From Candidatus Latescibacterota bacterium (GTDB lineage: Bacteria > Latescibacterota > UBA2968), in the NCBI GenBank assembly GCA_965222605.1, contig OZ244960.1:1344001-1408000 (forward strand): a stretch of DNA of 64,000 nucleotides. The letters are read 5' to 3'. The notes under the pieces were generated by a model. That model did not search any database and had not been told where the DNA came from. It worked only from the letters and a program-made list of their open reading frames with translations. This document shows, in pieces, positions 39,284 to 49,289 of this stretch (positions within the stretch are counted from its first letter, which is position 1; the number at the start of each line of letters is the position of its first letter). The position numbers were made by a program, and so were the translations under genes.

Positions 39284-40789
39284 TCAGGCTGGTTCTCGAA
39301 GTGCCAGTTCCCTGATAGTATTTACATACGGATGCCCCGTCTCCTCCAACCAACTCAGAATGCGGTCTCGCATTGATGCGGCACGCGCGCGATCTCGATA
39401 CGCCAGATTGTGTTCCTCATGGGGATCATCCGCCAAATTGTAAAGCTCGTCCAAATCGCGCTCGCCATCTGAAGGCTTCCAATTCAGCACAAATTTCCAC
39501 GCTCCCTGCCTGAGCATCACGCCTCGATTCATCAAATCCGTAAAAATCTCCTCACGCACGACATCGCGCTCCCCCCTCAAAATACCGCCCATACTCTCGC
39601 CATCTACCCTCTCGGGAATATCCACACCCGCCAGATCCAGCAGCGTGGGCATCACATCCACACTGCTATTCAAAGAAGTGTTCACAGACCCCGCTTCAAT
39701 TCGCCCGGGCCACCGCACCAAACACGGCACCTTCATCAACGTATCATAGCCACAATACGTCAACTTATACACCATGCCAAACTGCCCCACCATATCGCCG
39801 TGATCCGACACAAACATCACAATCGTATTCTCCGCCTGCCCATTGGCATCCAGCGCGTTGAGCACCCTCTCGATTTGTGCATCGATATAACTCACATATC
39901 CCCAATAACGCCGAATATAGTCCCGAACCTCATCTCTTGACCAGATATCGCGCACATAAGTGCGATCATGACCCGATTGAAAACGCGGCTTGTCCTCCAA
40001 TGGCGCGTCGTAATTATCGGGCAAGGCTACATCGTCCAAATCGTACATCGAATCCCACGGTTCGGGCGGACAGACAGGCAAATGCGGTCCGTAAAAAGAC
40101 AACACCGCACAGAATGGATTGTCCCGATTTGCATTGAGAAACGACACCATCTCATCGGCAAAAAAGTGCGCCATGTGGTGATCCTCCCCCAACAAACTCA
40201 CGCTGTGCTCCCGGTCTGGGGCACTCGGCGCTGCCTGATGATTGCCCACGCGGGGCAAATTTTTAACCTCATCGGGCAAATCGGTCGTCTGCAAATACGC
40301 TTTGAAATGATTCCATCCCCCAACCCAGTGATCAAATCCACTGCGGGGGACATCTTCGCCCGTGCCGCCCTCCACTTGCACAAATTCAAAATCGCGTGTG
40401 CTATCTACCCGCTTCTTTACCCAGCAATTGTCAAACGGACCGCGTCCCGCAATCCCGCGATACATCTGCCCTCCCAAATGCCACTTGCCAATCCACGCGG
40501 TTTGATAACCCGCATCGCGAAATGTATTGCCTATTGACGGCAACGCATCATCCAATTCCACATCGTTGACCATCACCCCGTGGTTGTGCGTATAGCGACC
40601 GGTCAAATACGTCGCTCGAGACGGCGTACACGCAAACGCCGCAATATAAAAATTGTCAAAACGCATGCCCTCGCGTGCCAGGCGGTCTTGCGCGGGTGTT
40701 TTTACAACCGAATTGCCATAACAACCGATAGTCGATACCGGTTGCTGATCCGTCATAATCAAAAGCACATTTGGACGATCACTGGACAT
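39284..40789 (-). CDS. sulfatase
   Basis: RPNVLLIMTDQ, CTPSR, GKWHLG, SDHGDM. Confidence 0.9.
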   Translation of the reverse strand: MSSDRPNVLLIMTDQQPVSTIGCYGNSVVKTPAQDRLAREGMRFDNFYIAAFACTPSRATYLTGRYTHNHGVMVNDVELDDALPSIGNTFRDAGYQTAWIGKWHLGGQMYRGIAGRGPFDNCWVKKRVDSTRDFEFVQVEGGTGEDVPRSGFDHWVGGWNHFKAYLQTTDLPDEVKNLPRVGNHQAAPSAPDREHSVSLLGEDHHMAHFFADEMVSFLNANRDNPFCAVLSFYGPHLPVCPPEPWDSMYDLDDVALPDNYDAPLEDKPRFQSGHDRTYVRDIWSRDEVRDYIRRYWGYVSYIDAQIERVLNALDANGQAENTIVMFVSDHGDMVGQFGMVYKLTYCGYDTLMKVPCLVRWPGRIEAGSVNTSLNSSVDVMPTLLDLAGVDIPERVDGESMGGILRGERDVVREEIFTDLMNRGVMLRQGAWKFVLNWKPSDGERDLDELYNLADDPHEEHNLAYRDRARAASMRDRILSWLEETGHPYVNTIRELALREPA

Positions 40790-40803
40790 AGGAAATACTC
40801 CTT

Positions 40804-41874
40804 CTATCCCAAAAACTTCAGACAAACGGGCATGGGCACTTCCACGACATGCCCTGTCTCTGTCAACTTTCCGGTCTCTCGATCAATGGCGAAAGACACA
40901 ATCGTATCGCTACTCTGATTCTCTGCGAGCAAGTAGTTGCTATCGGGCGAAAGCGCGATATTGCGAGGCGTTTGTCCACCAGTGGAATGAATATCGACCA
41001 GCGTCAAATGACCGCTGGACTCATCAACCGCAAAAATGGCGACACTATCGTGACCGCGATTTGATCCATACACAAACAGGTCATCAGACGAAACGTGAAT
41101 ATCCGCCGTATGGCTCGTATCTGAAAAATTGCCGGGCAATGTGGCGATGGATTGCAACTCGGTTAACGCACCGGTCTCTGCATCATAGGCATACGCATTG
41201 ACGGTATTGCCAATTTCGTTGATCAGATAGGCGTATTGTCCCCCGGGGTGAAAAGCAAAATGGCGCGGACCCTGGCCCGGCGCGACAGATACAGACGGCG
41301 GGTCATTTGCAACGAGTTTGCCATTTTCGAGATCGAGCTCAAAAATCAACACCTTGTCCAAACCGAGATCGGCAACATAAACGCGTTTGTTATCCGGCGA
41401 AATATTCGCAGAATGGGCGTGGGGACCTTGCTGCCGTTGCGGATTGACACTACCGCCCTCGTGCTGAATAAAATCCGACGCCTCGCCCAACGCGCCGTCT
41501 TCCCCAATGGGCAACATACAGGTACTACCCCCGCCGTAATTTGCCACAACAGCATAACGACCCGTTGCATCGATATTCAAATGGCAGGGACCAGTACCCC
41601 TTGTCGATTGCCGGTTGATAAATGTGAGATCTGCGGCTTCTGCATCAATAGCAAACGCGCTAATCGCCCCGGCGCTCTCGCCATTGTATTCACTAATTTC
41701 ATTGACTGCATAGAGAAATCGTCCATTGGGATGAATGGCGAGAAATGTCGGATTCTCACTCTCGATGCTATTAGCCGGGGCGAGTTCACCGGTCTCGGTA
41801 TTGAATCGGTGAATGTAAATGCCTTTGCTACCAGTGCGGGTATAGGTACCAATAAAAGCGATGATATTGCTCAT
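40804..41874 (-). CDS. pgl: 6-phosphogluconolactonase (beta-propeller lactonase)
   Basis: IGTYT, VANYGGG, PHAH, DLGLD, GPRH, SNRGHDS, TPRN. Confidence 0.85.
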   Translation of the reverse strand: MSNIIAFIGTYTRTGSKGIYIHRFNTETGELAPANSIESENPTFLAIHPNGRFLYAVNEISEYNGESAGAISAFAIDAEAADLTFINRQSTRGTGPCHLNIDATGRYAVVANYGGGSTCMLPIGEDGALGEASDFIQHEGGSVNPQRQQGPHAHSANISPDNKRVYVADLGLDKVLIFELDLENGKLVANDPPSVSVAPGQGPRHFAFHPGGQYAYLINEIGNTVNAYAYDAETGALTELQSIATLPGNFSDTSHTADIHVSSDDLFVYGSNRGHDSVAIFAVDESSGHLTLVDIHSTGGQTPRNIALSPDSNYLLAENQSSDTIVSFAIDRETGKLTETGHVVEVPMPVCLKFLG

Positions 41875-41886
41875 GGAAAATCTCCT

Positions 41887-42981
41887 TTAACGACTTAAAA
41901 TATCGACGACCATATCGCCAAAATCACTGGTCGATAGAACATTTTTCGGATCGGTTATTTCCGAGGCAAGCTCAGAAGTGGCATATCCTCTTTCGAGAAT
42001 ATCAAACATAGCGTTCCACAAAGCGTCGGACTCCTCTTTGAGACCCAGACATTTATCCAGCAGAAATGCAATACTGCCAATCATCGAATAGGGATTGGCG
42101 ATATTTTGCCCCGCGATATCGGGTGCCGAGCCGTGCGCCGGTTCCACATAGCCCTTTTCAGGTCCCATACACGCCGAAGGCATCAGACCGAGAGAACCGA
42201 GCAAACCACCTGCCTGATCGGTGAGAATATCGCCCTGCATATTTTCCAAAAGCATAACCCCGTTGAATTGCGTGGGATTTTTGACAAGTTGAAAAGCCGC
42301 GTTGTCAACGATAATTGAGACGCACTCGACATCGTCGTATTCTCTTGCCATATCTTCGATAATCGCATCCCAAAGCCGGGATGTCGCCAGCACATTGGAT
42401 TTGTGAACATGGGTCATCTTGGTGCCGAGGCGTCGGGCTTCATCAAACGCAATCTTTCCAATAGCGCGCACCTGCTCTTCGGTATAAACACAATCATCAC
42501 GCGCGTATTTCATACCCGTGGCAGTACCTTCTTCTTTCTCACCAAAATAAATACCACCAACCAGTTCCCGAATCATGAGAATATCAATGCCCTCTCCGAC
42601 GACGCTATCGCGCAGGGGTGAAAATGACGCGAGGGACTTGGGCAGCCTGACCGGGCGATAATTGGCATACGTATTAAAACGCTTTCGCAAAGGCAGAATA
42701 GCACCGAGTTCTGGGCGCGACTCCTGTGGAATTTTCTTCGTCTCTTCAATGGAAAGCCCCACCGGACCTTTGATAATCGCGTCTGCCCGATCACACAGGG
42801 CTTTTGTCTCATCGGGAAATGGACTGCCCTCGTCAAAATACGACGCCGCACCAAAAGGCGCGTATTCCAGCACAAATTCGTGATCGAACTTTTTTTCAAT
42901 CGTGCGAAGAGCTTTAATCCCTTCGCGCATAATCTCTGGCCCAATGCCATCGCCTTCAAGCACGGCGAGGGTTTTTTTCAT
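41887..42981 (-). CDS. leuB: 3-isopropylmalate dehydrogenase
   Basis: GDGIGPE, RELVGGIYFG, NMQGDILTD, GSLGLMPS, EPAHGSAPDIAG. Confidence 0.85.
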   Translation of the reverse strand: MKKTLAVLEGDGIGPEIMREGIKALRTIEKKFDHEFVLEYAPFGAASYFDEGSPFPDETKALCDRADAIIKGPVGLSIEETKKIPQESRPELGAILPLRKRFNTYANYRPVRLPKSLASFSPLRDSVVGEGIDILMIRELVGGIYFGEKEEGTATGMKYARDDCVYTEEQVRAIGKIAFDEARRLGTKMTHVHKSNVLATSRLWDAIIEDMAREYDDVECVSIIVDNAAFQLVKNPTQFNGVMLLENMQGDILTDQAGGLLGSLGLMPSACMGPEKGYVEPAHGSAPDIAGQNIANPYSMIGSIAFLLDKCLGLKEESDALWNAMFDILERGYATSELASEITDPKNVLSTSDFGDMVVDILSR

Positions 42982-43007
42982 GGTAAACCTTTCTGTTTAA
43001 TTAAAAA

Positions 43008-43754
43008 TTACGGATTAAGAACAGGACTAACCACCGATGCCGCCTCTCTATCTAAAATAAACGTACAATCTGAATGTGTCTGTAAAAAACTCGCCGGACA
43101 GGCCGGATGTTGGGCATCATGAACAGCGCGGGCAATCGCTCTCGCCTTATCCTTACCCGTCGCCAGAAGGAGAATGCGTTTCGCCTCGCAAATCGTCGCA
43201 ATCCCTGCGGTGAGTGCCTGTTTGGGCACATCTTCGAGACGATCAAAAAAGCGACTATTCGCCGCAATCGTGCTCTCGGTCAAATCGACCAGACGGGTGC
43301 GAGAATCGGACCCGCTGCCGGGCTCATTAAAAGCAATATGCCCATTGCGACCAATGCCGAGCAACCACAAATCCACACCGCCACACGCCCGTATCTTAGT
43401 TTCAAAAGCCTCGCACTCGAGATCGGCATCCACTGCCATGCCATTGGGTACATGCGTATTCCACAGTTGGATATCCGTACTCGCAAAAAACGTGTGATTC
43501 ATAAAATAGCGATAACTCTGCGGATACGTGCCATCAAGCCCCCAATACTCATCGAGATTAAAGGTGGTCAAGCGCGAAAAATTCAGACCCTCCCGATTTG
43601 CTCGCACGAGTTCGGCATACGTCCTCACCGGCGTTGACCCCGTCGCCAAACCGAGCACAGCATCTGGCTTCTGGCGAATAAGCGCGGCAATTTCCGATGC
43701 GGCGGCGCGGGCCACATCGTCGGGAGTATCGCAAATTTTCACTTGAATAGGCAT
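43008..43754 (-). CDS. nagB: glucosamine-6-phosphate deaminase
   Basis: LGLATGSTP, FNLDEY, LGIGRNGHIAFNEPG. Confidence 0.92.
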   Translation of the reverse strand: MPIQVKICDTPDDVARAAASEIAALIRQKPDAVLGLATGSTPVRTYAELVRANREGLNFSRLTTFNLDEYWGLDGTYPQSYRYFMNHTFFASTDIQLWNTHVPNGMAVDADLECEAFETKIRACGGVDLWLLGIGRNGHIAFNEPGSGSDSRTRLVDLTESTIAANSRFFDRLEDVPKQALTAGIATICEAKRILLLATGKDKARAIARAVHDAQHPACPASFLQTHSDCTFILDREAASVVSPVLNP

Positions 43755-43763
43755 AGTTCGAAA

Positions 43764-45308
43764 TCACGCTCGGCGCAGCACCTGGCCGGGCAACGCACCT
43801 GTGGGTTCCCCATTAGCAATGACAGACTGACCATTGACAATAACATGCGAAATACCGACTGGCGGCAGCGTGGGGTTTTCAAAAGTAGATCTTGCAGCCA
43901 CCGTATCGGGATCAAAAACAACGAGATCCGCAGCCTTGCCCACAGCGAGTTCGCCCCGGTCGGGAATATTGAAACGCCGCGCGGGAAAACCGCTCATCTT
44001 GTAGATCGCTTCCTCAAAGGTCAGCAACTCGCGCTCGCGCACAAAATGCCCCAGCACGCGCGCAAAACACCCAAAACCCCGCGGATGTGGATGCGGAATA
44101 TTAAAAATGCCATCACTGGCAATCATCATACGCGGATGTGTGGCCGTGCGCGTCACAGTCTGCGCGGCATCTTTGGGATCAACCTGCCAGGGAAAAATAA
44201 CAGCATGGTATTCGCGCTCCCGAAGCATCAGATCGTAAGCAAAATCTTCGATAGATGTATTTGCCCGAGCCGCGAGATCGCACAGGCGTTCTCCCGCGTA
44301 CTTGCCCGAGGCAGTGTAACCCACGATTTGATCGCCGCGCCCGAGCCATGTTTTCAGTTCGGCGACGGACTCAGCGCGAATACCCGCGTCTTGAAGACGC
44401 GCGTTGACCTCATCTGGGCTACCGACCTGAAATTTCATGGGCAACATCAGGTACAAATGGGTCATCCCTGCCGGATAGAGATAAGATTCAAATGTCAAAT
44501 CGATATCTTCGCGCTCGATTCTTTCCAGCAAATCGGCATTCTCGTCATTGACCCGCTCGTGCGAGATATGAACTGGGATATTTGCAGCGCGGGAAAGCGC
44601 GATGGTCTCTTCCCATGCGGCAACGCGCCCAATCGTGTGATAGCGCACATGAGCCGCGTAAATACCCCCGTATTCCGCTGCGACTTTGCAAAGAGCAACA
44701 AGCTCCCGAAAATCAGCATTGGCACTCGGCTGATAATCCAGACCCAGATTGAGCGCGCCAGCCCCCGCCTCCATCCATTGGCGCGTGAGATCCGCCATTT
44801 GTACAATCTCATCATCTGTTGCTGACCGCGCATCCCATCCACATGCAGACAAGCGAACCGCGCAATGAGGAACTTGCGGATACACATTTGCCGCGCTGTT
44901 ATTGGGAAATAAACGCAAATAATCCTCAGGCGTTTGCCAGCCGATTGGTATATCGACATCGCCAACAGAAAAGCGCGTATATGCCCACAATTCGCGCGTG
45001 CGATCGGGCGACAGACCCGTCCACCCAAACCCATCGGGCGTCAAAAGTTGCGTGGTAATACCCTGCTGCACTTCGGCATAACGGTGAACACCTGTGAGAA
45101 GGGCGATCTCCGAGTGGACATGCACATCGATAAAACCGGGACAGACGATATGTCCCGTCGCATCAATAACCATATCGGCCTCTGCCTGAGACAAATCGCC
45201 AATAGCTTCAATGCGATCCCTGCAAATGCCAACATCCGCCCGAAAACCGGGCGTTCGGCCCGTGCCGTCTATCACTGTGCTGTTGCGAATGAGGAGATCA
45301 AAAGTCAC
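43764..45308 (-). CDS. N-acyl-D-amino-acid deacylase family amidohydrolase
   Basis: PGFIDVHVHSE, IASDG, PHPRGFG, ADLVVFDP. Confidence 0.85.
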   Translation of the reverse strand: MTFDLLIRNSTVIDGTGRTPGFRADVGICRDRIEAIGDLSQAEADMVIDATGHIVCPGFIDVHVHSEIALLTGVHRYAEVQQGITTQLLTPDGFGWTGLSPDRTRELWAYTRFSVGDVDIPIGWQTPEDYLRLFPNNSAANVYPQVPHCAVRLSACGWDARSATDDEIVQMADLTRQWMEAGAGALNLGLDYQPSANADFRELVALCKVAAEYGGIYAAHVRYHTIGRVAAWEETIALSRAANIPVHISHERVNDENADLLERIEREDIDLTFESYLYPAGMTHLYLMLPMKFQVGSPDEVNARLQDAGIRAESVAELKTWLGRGDQIVGYTASGKYAGERLCDLAARANTSIEDFAYDLMLREREYHAVIFPWQVDPKDAAQTVTRTATHPRMMIASDGIFNIPHPHPRGFGCFARVLGHFVRERELLTFEEAIYKMSGFPARRFNIPDRGELAVGKAADLVVFDPDTVAARSTFENPTLPPVGISHVIVNGQSVIANGEPTGALPGQVLRRA

Positions 45309-45311
45309 TTT

Positions 45312-47240
45312 TTACCACCTGTTGAGTTTGTGTCCATCGCCTGGAAAAAAAAGCGCATCTACAACAACGCCCAATGCAATACCGGCAATTTGACCGGCCA
45401 GCATCCCCAGAAACAAAGGCGCGATTTTGCGATAGTATTCGAGACCGCCAAATTTGAGCACGAGTGATTTGATCGCCCAGATAAAGAAAATAGAAAAAAA
45501 GCTACTCCGCAAGACGCCCGACGATGAAATCGTAAATCCAATCGGATGAATAGGAAAGTGGGGAAAACGATAGCGAATGTAGAGCAATATACCTGTAAAA
45601 GCGGCGCCAATACCCAAAAAACGCACGCGATTCCAGTCCGTACTCATCGTCCCGGCGTGTACGCGGTTGGCGGTATAAGCCCACGAACCCACGGCACCGT
45701 CACCGGACCCATTAAAACTAACCACCCCAAAATTATAGCTGCCAATACCGTAATAACCCTGATAAAGGGTAAACGCAATAACAGTGGTCGCGCCGATCAA
45801 AGCACCTGTGGCAATCGCGGGAACAAAAGCGCGGCGGCGTTCGGCGGGCACAACAGCGGCCAGACGCGGAACATGCGCGAGTGTTGTAATCGCAAATGTT
45901 TTGGCATCACAAAAAAATGTGTAAGTCAGCCCCAGTGCAACCGCACTCGGTGCCCCCATACCCGCAATACCCAGTACGTGCCAGGTAAATGCCTGAGCAG
46001 TAATAGGACCGCGCAAAAAGACCAGGCCACTCTCGGCAATAATATGCGAAAGACCGAGATAGAGAATCAGCGTGGCACCCCAAAAGGTGAGTAAAGTAAG
46101 GACATTCATACCCGATTGCACGAGAAAGAAAACCATGTATATACTGCACAAGATCAGAATAATAAATGCCGTGCGGTAGGATAAAAGTTCCCCCCCATCA
46201 TCTATCTGCGCGTTGCGAGACCACACCTTGTGCCAGACATCGCGCAAATGTGCGCGCGCCATCCACAGCCCCCACAAAACGAGAATAATAAAACCGCCAA
46301 AACTCTGCCACCCAATAGCCGGGGCCATAGAACACCACATATCGGAAGCGCCAAAATCCAATCCAAAGCGATTGAAAATGCCAACCTGAAAAATGGCGAG
46401 CAGGTGAAAAAACCAGATGCTGTATAACACATCTGATTTCGTAAAATAGGCAAATGCAATCGTCATCGGTTGAAAGACAAACCACAGCGGTGGGAAACCG
46501 CGACCAATGGGGATATTGATCTGCCTCATAACATCCAAACGGGGCAAAGCCGTGATAAACCATGAGGCGACATTCCAGCAGAAAATGCCAAAAATGAGCG
46601 CAAATCCAATCTGAAAAAAGCGCGAGCGAATAAGGTTGGCAAACGCATCTTTTGAATCAGACGTACCCGTCAGCTCGAGAAGTGCCGTGGCAATGGGAAA
46701 CGAGAGCCGTTCGTGTTCCATCCACTGTTTGCGAAGGAGAATGACCACACAGAAATTGGCGAGAAATACAGCACCCAAAAATAGGACCCAGCCGGGAAAA
46801 AACGAGATCCATGCATTCCAGGGAAAAGGGGCACCGGGCGGTAGCCCTTCGTAAAATCCCGTAGCCGCAGCGCGGTCTGTCAGCACATTCCACTCGGCAA
46901 AATACGGCCACAGCCTTTCTGCCCACATATTTTGTGTTGAAGCGAAATAAATGGGCGCAGTAACAACGCCGAGGAAATAACCCGAAAGCCACTCGCCTTG
47001 CATATTGGCAGCCACCATGCCCATGCTACATATCGCGATAAGTTCAAAGGATGAGAGACCCCTGAATCTGTGCGAAAAGATGTAATTGAAAGCGAGCACG
47101 GCAAAAAAGGGGATGAGAAAAGCCACTGACAGATGGGCAAAATCCCCACGAGAAGAACGCAGAATCAGGCTGCTATATGCAGGCCAAAAATTCACCCAAA
47201 CAGATAGACAAAGGCCAATGATGAGAGCGCGAATGGTCAT
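45312..47240 (-). CDS. large polytopic membrane protein (DUF6785/DUF6784-like), paralog of 37284..39230
   Basis: LRKQWMEHERLSFP, ELLSYRTA, AESG, FPIHPIG, FGG. Confidence 0.75.
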   Translation of the reverse strand: MTIRALIIGLCLSVWVNFWPAYSSLILRSSRGDFAHLSVAFLIPFFAVLAFNYIFSHRFRGLSSFELIAICSMGMVAANMQGEWLSGYFLGVVTAPIYFASTQNMWAERLWPYFAEWNVLTDRAAATGFYEGLPPGAPFPWNAWISFFPGWVLFLGAVFLANFCVVILLRKQWMEHERLSFPIATALLELTGTSDSKDAFANLIRSRFFQIGFALIFGIFCWNVASWFITALPRLDVMRQINIPIGRGFPPLWFVFQPMTIAFAYFTKSDVLYSIWFFHLLAIFQVGIFNRFGLDFGASDMWCSMAPAIGWQSFGGFIILVLWGLWMARAHLRDVWHKVWSRNAQIDDGGELLSYRTAFIILILCSIYMVFFLVQSGMNVLTLLTFWGATLILYLGLSHIIAESGLVFLRGPITAQAFTWHVLGIAGMGAPSAVALGLTYTFFCDAKTFAITTLAHVPRLAAVVPAERRRAFVPAIATGALIGATTVIAFTLYQGYYGIGSYNFGVVSFNGSGDGAVGSWAYTANRVHAGTMSTDWNRVRFLGIGAAFTGILLYIRYRFPHFPIHPIGFTISSSGVLRSSFFSIFFIWAIKSLVLKFGGLEYYRKIAPLFLGMLAGQIAGIALGVVVDALFFPGDGHKLNRW

Positions 47241-47288
47241 AGGGCACAAAATATGAAGAGAAGATTGAGACCAAAAAAACGGGCGTCT

Positions 47289-47317
47289 ATGATAACACGG
47301 AAGATAGGGCTGGTCAA
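47289..47317 (-). promoter_or_regulatory. putative sigma70 promoter with extended -10
   Basis: TTGACC-17 bp-TATCAT with TGn before the -10. Confidence 0.55.
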
Positions 47318-47347
47318 GCTGAGTGAGGGGCTGGAACTGTTGGGTGG

Positions 47348-47378
47348 CCCTCTCACCCCTCGCCTTTGGGTGAGAGGG
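47348..47378. repeat. 11-bp-stem hairpin (REP-like or terminator)
   Basis: CCCTCTCACCC...GGGTGAGAGGG just downstream of the zinc-ribbon gene. Confidence 0.55.
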
Positions 47379-47403
47379 GTAAATGGCTACTGACCACTGG
47401 CTA

Positions 47404-48321
47404 CTATTTCAATGCCAGATCATCGAGCCATTGTGCCACGCTGTGTTGATTGCCCTGGATAAAAACAGGCGCAAGAGATCCACGGGCGTGCAGGGCGTGG
47501 ATGAGGCGGTCAATGGCGATGAGTTGCTCACCGGGGGTTTTGCACCGAGGCCATTGGCTCACAAATTGGCGAATGGGCGCGAGATTTCCCGTGTGTGCAT
47601 ATCTGTCGTATTGTTTTTTCCACGATTGCCATGTGAAAGCGTGACCACATGCCGCGCAGTTTAAGTATTCGACCTTGCGTTTCTGCCGTTTTGTGAAAGC
47701 CTGCCATTTTTTTTCATAACCACAGTGCGTGCAACAAAACATAGCGGACTTGTGTTGGCCTTGCCTTTTGCATTTGGGACATGTGAGATTCCAATGAGAA
47801 GACGCCTTTTTTGTATTGGATGATCCCGATTTTGAAGATGGTGGCTTGCGTAAGGTGTTGCTACAATGCGGGCAAGGGAGTCGTACGCGGTGTTTGATGG
47901 ATTGACGATATTTCTGCCATGTCCAGATCTGTTTGCAGGAAGAACAGGTGAGCGTGTTAGTGCTATAATTCCATGCCAATATTTTGCGACAATCAAAGCA
48001 ACGCGGGTGGTTGCGAAGTGCGTCTCTGCAGTCGCGCCAGGTTACTTTTTCGGCACAGATTGGACATGAAAATTGTGATGTGGATGGTTGAGCAGATGGT
48101 CGTTGCCGATAGAAGTTCCGCCGATAGACAATTTGGTCGCACTGTGGACAGGGTACTTGACCTCGCATGGCCTGTCCAAACATCAAGACTGCTTCGCCGC
48201 GTGCGTAGAGGCCCCACCCAATGTGCAGGAGTTTGTCTTCATCGAAAATACCATGGCGTATGCACTGGTAGAGTTGGCGGACGCGCCATGGTTTAAGACG
48301 AGGTACCCATTGCATGGTCAT
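47404..48321 (-). CDS. basic hypothetical protein with eight CxxC motifs (multi zinc-ribbon)
   Basis: CPQC, CPIC, CFDC, CSSC, CPHC, CPKC, CTHC, CAAC; AAAGGA RBS before MTMQW. Confidence 0.75.
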   Translation of the reverse strand: MTMQWVPRLKPWRVRQLYQCIRHGIFDEDKLLHIGWGLYARGEAVLMFGQAMRGQVPCPQCDQIVYRRNFYRQRPSAQPSTSQFSCPICAEKVTWRDCRDALRNHPRCFDCRKILAWNYSTNTLTCSSCKQIWTWQKYRQSIKHRVRLPCPHCSNTLRKPPSSKSGSSNTKKASSHWNLTCPKCKRQGQHKSAMFCCTHCGYEKKWQAFTKRQKRKVEYLNCAACGHAFTWQSWKKQYDRYAHTGNLAPIRQFVSQWPRCKTPGEQLIAIDRLIHALHARGSLAPVFIQGNQHSVAQWLDDLALK

Positions 48322-48413
48322 ATCCTTTGTTTGTCGCGTAAAGAGGAGGTTCTGATTTGAAGATACAGCGCAAAAAGTCCTCGCACAAGTCCCCCCCTTC
48401 CTACGCCGATACC

Positions 48414-48442
48414 TTGACAAGAGAGAAATGGCGATTTATCAT
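48414..48442 (+). promoter_or_regulatory. putative sigma70 promoter
   Basis: TTGACA-17 bp-TATCAT upstream of the creatininase operon. Confidence 0.6.
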
Positions 48443-48487
48443 GAGCGTCCCACCATTCAGCAGCAGTACACATAGACGAGGCTTATT

Positions 48488-49267
48488 ATGCGCCAGAATT
48501 TCTCGGGCATCCTGGAAGAAATGACCATTGACGACGTGCGAGCACTCGCGCCCAATGTAGCGGTCATCCCCATAGGCTCCACTGAACCACACGGACTTGC
48601 ACTGCCCTATGGAACGGACAGCTTTCAAGTGGAATACGTCGCTTACGGGGGCACGCGCAAAGCCAATGAATTGGGCGGACGCATCGTGTGTTTGCCCACA
48701 CAGAGGATGAGCTTAAACAACAATTTTCGCGCCTTTCCATTTGCGTGCCGCATGCAAGTACCCACATTTATGAACCTATTAAAAGACCTCGTGGCAATGT
48801 GCCGTGCGGAAAATGTACACCGCATTGTATTCATCAATGGTCACGGCGGCAACCCCGACGTCATCCGCGCAGTACAGCGCGATTTGGCCGCACAAGATAA
48901 CCTCTTCACATGCTTGATCAGCACGGGATCCTGTGCATCGGAAGACGCAAAAGCCATTTGGGAAAATCGCAGCGATCACGCCGGCGAAGAAGAAACCTCC
49001 CAAATCATGTTCTTGCGCCCCGAACTCGTGCGCGAAAACCTGATTACCAACAACCCTCCCCAATATCCCAAACTGAAAACACTACGGGAATTTAACATAG
49101 ACTTTGTGCGCCCCTGGCATTTGTATCTGCCCGCATCTGCTGGCGGCGATGCGCGAAAAGCCTCAGCACAAAAAGGCGAGACCGTCTTAAACTCAGCCGT
49201 GGAAGGAACCGGGCGATTCCTAACCGAACTATCACAGGCAGAGGACTCAGAGACGTTTCCTTATTGA
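48488..49267 (+). CDS. creatininase family amidohydrolase
   Basis: PIGSTEPHG..LPYGTD, NGHGGN, DHAGEEETS. Confidence 0.9.
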   Translation: MRQNFSGILEEMTIDDVRALAPNVAVIPIGSTEPHGLALPYGTDSFQVEYVAYGGTRKANELGGRIVCLPTQRMSLNNNFRAFPFACRMQVPTFMNLLKDLVAMCRAENVHRIVFINGHGGNPDVIRAVQRDLAAQDNLFTCLISTGSCASEDAKAIWENRSDHAGEEETSQIMFLRPELVRENLITNNPPQYPKLKTLREFNIDFVRPWHLYLPASAGGDARKASAQKGETVLNSAVEGTGRFLTELSQAEDSETFPY

Positions 49268-49289
49268 TCTCATAGAAAGGACCTTACAA

